DNA from: Eledone cirrhosa
Taxonomy: Eukaryota
DNA: 64,000 nucleotides
Direction: 5' to 3'
Assembly: GCA_964016885.1 (NCBI GenBank)
Contig: OZ024742.1
Coordinates: 112,902,001-112,966,000, forward strand
Shown here: positions 54,721 through 64,000 of the stretch, one piece after another
Numbering within the stretch: the first letter of the stretch is position 1
Layout of the letters: the number at the start of each line of letters is the position of its first letter
Position numbers and translations under genes: made by a program
Notes under the pieces: generated by a model
Seen by the model: the letters and a program-made list of their open reading frames with translations, nothing else
Told to the model about the DNA's origin: nothing
Databases searched by the model: none

Positions 54721-57602
54721 TTCCATTTCGTACAACGTATATCATCAATAAAGATCTGATGACAATTCGAAACGGAACTGAAAAGTTAGAATATAAATAC
54801 AGCTATTGAAAACTTACTCTGAATATCACACGCCAGAAAGATAAAATAGAACTGTGTTTAACATAATTATTATTAAACGTAACCTGTAGGAAACAACCTT
54901 TCCCACAATCTTCATACAATTGTGTTCACTATGACATAGAATTTAACATAAACGCTAATATTTGCAAACTATCTTATTTATGTTTGTGAGTCATATGTTA
55001 AATGCCGAACAATTTGTTTAGATCCTGGAAGATTAGAAGATATGAAATCAATGTTAGGTTAAAAATTGATACTATGGTATTTAATCCAAATTATGAAATG
55101 AATTATGAATAATAAATATGAAACATTAGAATCAACGGAAACACATCTCAGTAATATATACCTGGATATAAATTGAAACTGGAATATTTACCGAGTCTCT
55201 ATAAAGAGAAACATTAAAATCAATGATGTTAGAAAGTAGAACGAAAAGTCATATGCTGATAAGAAAGTGTTAATATTGAAATAACTTAATTAAACAAACA
55301 GACTTCAGACATTTAAATACTCTTTCTTGTCTATAAATCATTTATTTCCTTCGCTGAATATTGAAACAAAGAGGAAGTTTGAGAGAAATGAAGTATTTAT
55401 GTGTTTAGTATATTTTAATATTTATAACGCTGACAATCTAAATCAGAATTTACAGAACAAACAGAAGAACTATTTCAAATTGTATCTATAGCTATTATAG
55501 GACGTGGAGATTGAATGAAATCTAAACAAAAATAATTTAGTTTATGATGAAAACTTTACTTCTAGTCATGAATTATTGCATCCCGTAAATCTTTCTCAAT
55601 TTCATTGACTGTTCTCTCTCTCTTATTCAGCTTATCATTTTTCTCCTCACTCTCTCAATAGATTTTTCCACGCTCTATCACAAACTTTCTCACAATTCCA
55701 TTCTAGTTTTCTAAGAAATAACAGCTTTCATCAAATTTTAAAACTAAATTAATCAAAGATTATTTGTCTGAATTAATGATGATAAATATTATTAAAATAT
55801 AACTTCTACTAATCTATATCTATTAGCTGTTGACAAGTAATGTTTAATTTAAAACAGGCACTCATTCATAACCCCTGAATAAACCAAAGTCTACATTCTA
55901 ATATTTGAAACAATGTTTCTCATATATTTTTTCTAACTTCATTTTTTGTAGTTCTCTATCGTATCCCATTTTTAACATCAGCATTGTATATTGTGTTTAG
56001 TATTAAGATTGTGAAATGGAAGAGTGTTATATATTCGAATGATTTCTTTTTTACCTTAGAATTTATCACCAGCCTGTCTGTATTATTTTCTTTGGCTATT
56101 ATCGCGACTTATTCAATAAGAAATATATGTAATGTCGTTTCACTTAACATGACTATGTCGCTGTCACATTTGATTATGAAATATGTTCCTTCACTTTTTT
56201 CTTTATTTTTCAACTTGACACTTTTATTTTCTGCTAACGCACGGAAGAGACATGATGCTTTTATGAATCACAGAACAACAAAGTACAGTTAAATTGTTAT
56301 TTAATATATATTATACTTTTATGTCTCATTAAAAGTGATGCTTTGGTGATGGTCTTGAGAGGAGCAATGATTACTCCCAATTTCCTTCGTTTTACTACAT
56401 TATTTGTTGTTCATCATCATATGAGACATTCTACGATACGGGGTGTCTGCGTTTTCGGGTGGCTTGCTAAAACAACAAACATATATTTCTTTAATTCATT
56501 AAAAACCTTTTACATAAGGACTAGTTAATTAAAAAATCTAGATTTGAGATATACCATAATTAGAAAAAAATATTATCACATGAAGATAATGATGACTTCA
56601 GTTCTGAAGCAAGAACTACCAAACTGCAATGTCAGTGATCAATCTGCAAACTCAGTGTGTACAAATCCACAACAGATTAGATTATATCTAACTATATAGA
56701 CAATCGTGTATAAATATGAATACGAAATAAGGCAAACTATTATTGTTAACATTGATAGCTAATAATATATATATATATACCAAAGTGCATAGAATAATGG
56801 CACGTTATAATGAAAAGTTAAAGTAAACTGAACAGCCATTTTTTTATGAATGATAGGTAGAAACGAATATTGTTCACTCAATATCTTCTGTATACATCAA
56901 CAATTCGAGATACGTCGGGTAATGTTTAAGTTATGTTTATATATTAGAGGGAATACACGAAATATGGTAATGAAATAGAGCTAATAAATGTATGATAAAT
57001 AATATCGTAAAATAATCCATACACAATTCAAGCAAATTAGGATAAATGGCTGCACACAAACCACAGTTCGGTGGAACTCATATATTACGAATTAAATATG
57101 GCAAAAAAACAGTTGATTTTGGATGACATATTACATTCTCATCTAAATCAACACTATTCTTTCTTGGCACCACTTTTGCTTTCATCTATGTTCCTAATCT
57201 TATTCATATATATAATGATGCTATTGGCAGTAGGGTGATTCATATTTTAACCACCCAATTTTATCTATGTTAGGCATTTTGCACCGAAACATGTCGAAGA
57301 TGAATGACTATGGTTTTTCCATGTTCTCTTGCACATTAAAGCGTCCTGCATTTTATTCATGATTTCTTTCTATGGCATGTGTGTCTGAGAATGTCCAGCT
57401 TCTTTTACTTCTTTTGATACATTGTCTGTGTATGTTATGTGTTTAGTAAATGATTTCCTTGGAGTATCATCCATGAACGATTCTATTTTAACTCAGCATT
57501 CATAAACTTACGGTACACATATTTGTTGGAACGAAGGTCAAACAGTATACGAATTGTGTACACAAACACAATCCATTAAATTACACGCCATATATTAAAT
57601 AA

Positions 57603-57895
57603 ATAATTGTTTCTACTTTTGGCACAGGCTAGCAATTATTCCAGTGTGTGACTGGTACTTTATTTTATCGAACGTTTAAGGATGAAAGGCAAATTTAACT
57701 TCGGCGGGATTTGAATTCAGATCATAAATGGGCGCAACTCTATGCTGCAAAGCTTGGCCTCCAACCCTCTACCGATACTGCCAATCCACCATTCATATAT
57801 TAAATAAATAATTGTTTCTACTTTAGGCACAATGCCAGCAATTAACCAGTGCATTACTGGTACATTATTTTATCGACCCCATAAGGATGAAATGC
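57603..57895 (-). mobile_element. Nin/Deu-like SINE (57603-57790) plus a tandem 3' partial copy (57805-57895)
   Basis: Reverse complement of the 52322 SINE; repeated catatattaaataaataattgtttctacttt. Confidence 0.85.
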
Positions 57896-58879
57896 AACAT
57901 AAATAATGGCTGATAACAGAGAAGCAACATGTCATACACTTCATACTCACTATATTCAAATAAATACTCCAAACCATATACTCGCTTAGATAAACACTAC
58001 ATAAAACGAAACCTAACGCATATAAAAAACGCATTTTATATCGAAGAACATACCACAACTAACAATGCATATGTCCTATGAAACAAATAGAAGCTTCTCA
58101 ATTCGCACCTGGAATCAAACATAATGAATAAATGAAATGCAATTCTACGTTCCAAAATATAATCATTTATACCTATTAGAAGCACAAAGCTTCAATTTGG
58201 TATACTGTAGAACCTCGTATGTCTACATCAATAATGCTGGGGGAGAGCATGTTTGAGAAACTAATTATAATATATAAGCTATAAATCATTTTCCATTTAC
58301 ACAATGAGAAGAATGTCTTCGGTGTATTAACTTAGTGAAACAATGAGCATCCACGAAACATTACATGAAACACAATAATAAGTTTCTGCTATTTCAGTGT
58401 TTCAGTACACATATTGGCTTACTGTCTTTCTTAATCCTTAAATGTATAGAAACATGTATGTGTAACCTAAATTTCAACGTAGTACAACATGGCAGACCAT
58501 ATGTCATGAATACGGATTTATTTGGATTAGAGATAACTTGACATGTTTCCAAACAGTTTCAGTCTACCAAATTTCATTCACAAGGCTGGCTTTGGTACTC
58601 TGCTATATAAACATTACTCGCCTCAGATTCCCTGATTTTAAACCGAACTTATCTATACAGATTTAGCTGCATCTATTTATTACTTATTTACACAACGACT
58701 CAAACGGACAAATCGAGTAGTTTATGTGGAATGTCATAGAAGTCTAGATTTTACAGGAAATGCTGAATCGGTTTAGTAAAATATCTGAGCATTGATCTGA
58801 CAACTGGTCAGTGGGAAATTTCTTGAAATGAGTGAGATAGTCATTATAGAGAAAACGGTAACAGCAAAACTATAGCTGG

Positions 58880-59410
58880 TAATGCCCCAAAACAACGTTG
58901 TAACCTTCAACATCAGCACCAGCACCACCACTATCATCTCCACTACGACGATCTCTACCATCATCATCCTCACCATCTTCAACACCATCATTATTATCGC
59001 CACAAATTTAATTGTGTCCATGAAAGTCATCACAGCAATCCCCAACGACACATCAATCACGAACTACACCAACATCACCAGCGACAGCATGACCAATAAC
59101 AACCTCACCAGAAACACCACCATTGTTATCATCACAAAAATCTCCAACATATTCGTCATTGTCATCACATCATTTACTGTCACCATAATGAAATAGGTTT
59201 ATTTGAACACTATTAGCATTGCAAGCAATATTGAGCACCAATCTTCTTACTCCTCACCATAATCATGATCATCTTTATTATCCTCATTACCATCATTTTT
59301 TCCTCCTCCTCCCCCTCCTCATCATCATCACCACCACCACGAAAGTTATTTTCATCAAATTCATCATGAGCAGCATCAGCATCGTCCCTATTATCATCAT
59401 CGTGATAAGA
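58880..59410. repeat. Degenerate (CAT/CAC)n low-complexity tract
   Basis: Trinucleotide-rich sequence giving T/I/H/D-rich spurious ORFs. Confidence 0.7.
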
Positions 59411-59895
59411 TTCAGTATATTTACTCCTGGGTCTCAATGTAATATTTTCATACAACATAAAGCTCTTGGATGGCAACTAAATTCATATTAGCGTATATTT
59501 CCATTAACTTTTGTAACTCATGAAATACATTTTCAAGTAAAAATAGAAACGAAGTCCTCATAGATATGTGTGACCATGTTTGGAAATAATTATATTAAGC
59601 AAATTGTAAATGATCAACTTTTGGTTTTCATGATCAAAAGTTCATGAGTTCAAATCACGTATAGGATGCTAAGTTGTATCCTTCAGAAACATACTTCATT
59701 TGATATTGCTCCAGTCCCTTAGTTGGAAGCAGAAACGTGTATCGGCAGTAGAAGGTGGGATGTTATACAGAATTGATATATTTGGGTTGGATGTAACTTT
59801 GTACATGTGGCATAAAAACATGCTTTATCTCGCGTGATATAAGGAAGGTTCATACAGAAATAGCAACTCATAAATGTTTTCAATATTTGTTAAAG

Positions 59896-60100
59896 TCAGA
59901 TCGGTAGAGGGACGCACGCCATTCTTTGCAGCATAGAGTTATGACCCTGGATGATCTGAGTTCAAATACTGCCGAGGTTAACTTTGCCTTTCATCCTTAC
60001 CGAGTTGATAAAATAAAGTACTAGTCATGCACTGAGGTCAATTTAACCGACTTTCCACTCTCTAAAATGTGCTGGCATTGTGCCTATAAATGAAACCAAC
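59896..60100 (+). mobile_element. Nin/Deu-like SINE
   Basis: atcggtagaggg...ctgagttcaaat...actttgcctttcatcctta. Confidence 0.82.
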
Positions 60101-61110
60101 ATTTGTTAAAGTAATAATAAAGTGAATAAGAAAATACATTTCCTTCCAAATGAACAAAATATGCCTGAGCTGACGTACAGTGTGGTCGTTCTCATTGTAA
60201 TAGGATTCTGGGTTAACTTTGATTTAGTGTTTGCGGGTGTTGATGTTATTGTGCGGTGTGTTCTTTGGCTTTGGCTGGTAGTGTTCATATGAATTATGTG
60301 TCTTGTCCCTGTCAGATGTGTGGAAATGCAGTCACTGCGTGCGCAGAGCGTTTGACATAGTGAGTATCGGAATATATAGGGGTTTGGTGTTTGTGCTGTG
60401 GGTTGCATATGCCGATTCATATATTTTGACATATGCTTCGATGTATTCGAAATGAAAAGACAATTAGATGCTTTTGTAAATGTCTCAATTGTGCCAAAAT
60501 CTATTGAAAAGATTTTCAGGCATAATCAACATATTGGTTTCTTTTATTTACTCTCTTTTGGATTAAATTATTGAATCTACTTTTCCGTTTTATAAGATAC
60601 CAGGTGGTTATATATGGAAAGTATAAAGTGTGGCTGTTATTCCTGGCATGGGGAAAACGGTCGAGATTCTGGGGACTTGGTAGTACTTCACTTTTGTATT
60701 TTGCTATGGCTAGACAGCATTCTTATTTGATAAAGGTAATTGCATTTGTTTATTTTACATTAGATTTAATAGTTATGACATTTATGGCATTGATTTGGCA
60801 AGAGATTTACCGTAAAGTGCTCTCCTATGAAAACAAAACCCACCGTTTACACTAAAGAATACTAAAAACTCATCACATATTAAGCTAATATAATATTAGT
60901 TTATTATTTTATTCCTTTCCCACTTCCAGACATTGAAATGAAGCCAATGAATTTTTTAGTTCATCATATCGACTCTTGTATTTGTTTCAGTCTGTGTGCC
61001 ATATTCCAGATCTCTCTATATCAGTCTTCTATATGAAAATGTGAGCTAATCGTTGTAATCTAAGCTGGTAAACTTCAACTTTATATACGCATACACACAC
61101 ATTATATATG

Positions 61111-61193
<83 letters not shown>

Positions 61194-61277
61194 TAGATTT
61201 ACATATACATAAATTACATAGAGCGATAGATATATCAAAATGATTCTATGGACTTACTTACTAATATATATATATAT

Positions 61278-61361
<84 letters not shown>

Positions 61362-61363
<2 letters not shown>

Positions 61364-62253
61364 AGGTGTGTCAGAAAAGTTCCAGGACTGATGTAACAAA
61401 AGATATTTCAAACCCAAATTTCACACTAAGAGTTTTCTCCTTCAATTTAATCCCCCTTGAGTCTGATGTACTTTTCCATCCTTTTCTGCCCCGCTTGCAT
61501 GCACTCCTGGAAGGATTCTTACGGGATCCTCTGCAGTTCCGTCGTCACGGCCTGTTTGATGTCGTCTAAATCTTCAAAACAGGTCCCCTCCGAGTCGTAC
61601 TCGAAGATCCATGAAACATCAGCAGTGATGACTGTCCCTGGCAAGTCTGGTTCGGTTTCGAGACGCTAGAGCATGTCCTGGCTCACTTGCATGCGTCGAC
61701 CCTTCTGGGGTCATCGTTCGGCAGTTTTGGCACCATCTTCGGGCAGACTATCAGCATGTCCAAATTTTCAGTGAGAATCTTCAGACGCGGTCCCGATTCA
61801 TGCCTAGCTCATTTGCCATCAGTCAAACAGTCAGCCGACGATCGCTACGCACCATCTGCCTGACGCGCTCAACGTTGACCCCAGTCCTGGTTGTTGAGGG
61901 CCTTCCTGTCCTGGGGTCATCTTCCAAGTCTCGCGTCTTTCTTTAAACCTCTTGCCCCACTCAACAACACGTGAGCGTGACATCGTCTCATCTCCATACA
62001 CTTGCTGTAGCAATCCCAGTGCTTTTGACGGAGTTTTCAAGTTTGTTCGTTGTTCTGTGCTCATTGCTTGACGACCTGAAACAGAGGACGTGTATATAAA
62101 ATTATGAAGAAAAACGTTTGATCGCTTCAGAGAGCTAAGATTACAGTTACATACTCCAGGGGGATTACTTTGAAGGAGAACTCTCTTAGTGTGAAGTTTG
62201 GGTTTGAAATAAATCTTTTGTGACTTCAGTCCAGCAACTTTTCTGACACACCT

Positions 62254-62255
<2 letters not shown>
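61362..62255 (-). mobile_element. Internally deleted mariner with ~100-bp TIRs and TA target
   Basis: HTH region, MVPKL (WVP.L-like), VITADVSWIFEYDSE joined directly to C-terminal FEDLDDIK...GD.IEGE; ends caaggtgtgtcagaaaagtt / aacttttctgacacacctgg. Confidence 0.92.
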
Positions 62256-62312
<57 letters not shown>

Positions 62313-62624
62313 TTGTGTGTGTTTGTGTGTGTGTTTGTGTGTGTATGTGTGTGTGTGTTTGTGTGTGTATGTGTGTGTGTGTGGGCGTGGGTGCGTATGT
62401 GTGTGCGTGTGTGCGCGCGTGTGTGTAAGCGTGGGTGTGTATGTGTGAGTGCGTGAGCGCGCGTGTCTGTGTGTATGAGTGGAAATATTACCTGAGAGTA
62501 AATGCATCCAGATCAATCGAAAGCCATCAAGGAATCCATGCAAACATAATGTTTACACCTCATTATATATATATATAAGATGTGTAAATCAACAGGTTAA
62601 AACTACCTTTCTGTATTCATATTT

Positions 62625-62683
62625 ACTGCAATATAAATTTCGGATATAATCATTATTGAACAGATCTGACCTCATCAGGCAGC
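62625..62683 (-). ncRNA. Type I hammerhead motif
   Basis: gctgc CTGATGA gg...cc GAAA tttata TT gcagt; stem I gctgc/gcagt. Confidence 0.6.
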
Positions 62684-63199
62684 TAGAATTTTAATAAAAA
62701 ACAAACAAAAAGGGAAACACAATTGTGGAAGAAAGTTGTACCTCCGTTATTTCGTTGATATGACCAGTTCCAAAATGTGTTGTTTTCTCAAAGAACTGGT
62801 GGCATATGAATTAGAATGAACGAATTCAAGCATCCTAAGAATATACTCACCTCTTATTGGTCAGATACTATCTTAACACTCCTGTCCCAAGTACAATTTA
62901 TTAGGTCAGTTGTTCTTGAAACAAGTAAGCCTGCTAGGGTGGTTTTTATCAACGAGTTATAATATATGTACATACCTATAAAATAGGGGTCTTCTGCTCT
63001 AGATGATCTAATTCATCTTAGAGGCAATGGTTTAAACATGTCAACTACTACCTCTTATTTTGCGGTAATATTTTAGTTGTTAGCGAAGAACTCATGCATG
63101 TAACCAGATATGGGTTTATGTGGGAATGTGAATGCTTATCCATATTCAGAGAACAGATAGTAGGAAATGTTAGAATTATATGTGTATATATATATAATT

Positions 63200-64000
63200 A
63201 TGAGAAACCTAAAAACTCTAATCAACCAATACAAAGAAGGACTCACTAACAAGGAATTCAGCTTCGTCACAGACTTCACAAGTAAATTCAGCCTTTTCTA
63301 CGGTATCCATAAAGTACATAAAAGCGAATCAATAAGTAAGGCATGCAAGGAAGCCAAAGACATAGTCATCAATGTCCCCTCACCCAATGATCTCAAATTA
63401 AGACCTATAATAGCAGGCCCCGCTTGCGAAACGCACCGTCTTAGCAACTTCATTGACACCCTTCCCAAACCCTTCCTCAAACACATCAAAAGCTATATAA
63501 GGGACGACCTAGATATGCTCAATCACCTCCCTAATATGCCACTTTCTGAACAAACCCTACTAGTGACGTTCGATGTAGTCAACCTATACTCCAACATCCC
63601 CCACAACCTAGGAATTTAATATTAAAGCTATTTAATTCTGGCTGGATAATTTCCACAATGAACTCCCACAACGCATCAAAAAAGAATTCTTGATAGAGAG
63701 ACTCAAATTTATCTTGGAGAACAATTACTTCGTTTTCAATAACAAACCCTACAGGCAGAAATGTGGGACCGCTATGGGAACGAAAACAGCCCCCACTTAT
63801 GCCAACCTATTCATGGGATACCTGGAAATCACCCTCTACACTAAAGTCCTAAACAAATTTGGAAACACCCTCCACTTACACATTGAAAGGAACTGGAAGC
63901 GATATCCAGATGACTGATTCATCCTTTGGCACGAAAGCATCGAAAAACCTAAATAATTTCACACCCTTATAAATGGGCTCAACACGAATATTAACTTCAC
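63200..64000 (+). pseudogene. RT of a Neptune-like PLE, disrupted, running off the window end
   Basis: FYGIHKVHK, LRPIIAG, SYIRD, FDVVNLYSNIPH, ILENNYF, QKCGTAMGTKTAPTYANLFMG, WKRYPDD. Confidence 0.92.

Noticed and set aside
54750-54780. CTGATGA caattc GAAA as a hammerhead
   Set aside because: No stem II, stem III or stem I pairing.
54800-58800. Host gene exons in the AT-rich unique sequence
   Set aside because: No convincing ORF or protein motif; short exons cannot be excluded without RNA data.

Overview
AT-rich eukaryotic DNA with no recognisable host gene. The (TA)n/(CA)n microsatellites and the SINE family suggest an octopus or other cephalopod (inference). The window is dominated by transposons, mostly inserted into (TA)n tracts. 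About a dozen are Penelope-like elements (PLEs; RT plus C-terminal GIY-YIG) of at least three types: Nematis/Neptune-like, Hydra-like and Neptune-like. There are also an RTE LINE with a 5' inversion, two CRE-clade LINE remnants, two deleted mariners, tRNA-derived SINEs and a 200-N gap. The main signal missing from the ORF track is about 25 type I hammerhead ribozyme (HHR) motifs, intact or decayed, in about 15 sequence families, all found by eye. Several lie in non-coding tandem arrays resembling retrozymes (8.2-9.9 kb, 28.4-29.4 kb, 1.0-2.5 kb) or in large foldbacks. Many have a palindromic stem III, a long stem II and a non-canonical U.U or A.A pair at the base of stem II. NRF1-like and YY1-like motifs recur upstream of HHRs in different families. 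Clade names come from remembered motifs, not searches, and coordinates and folds were read manually.
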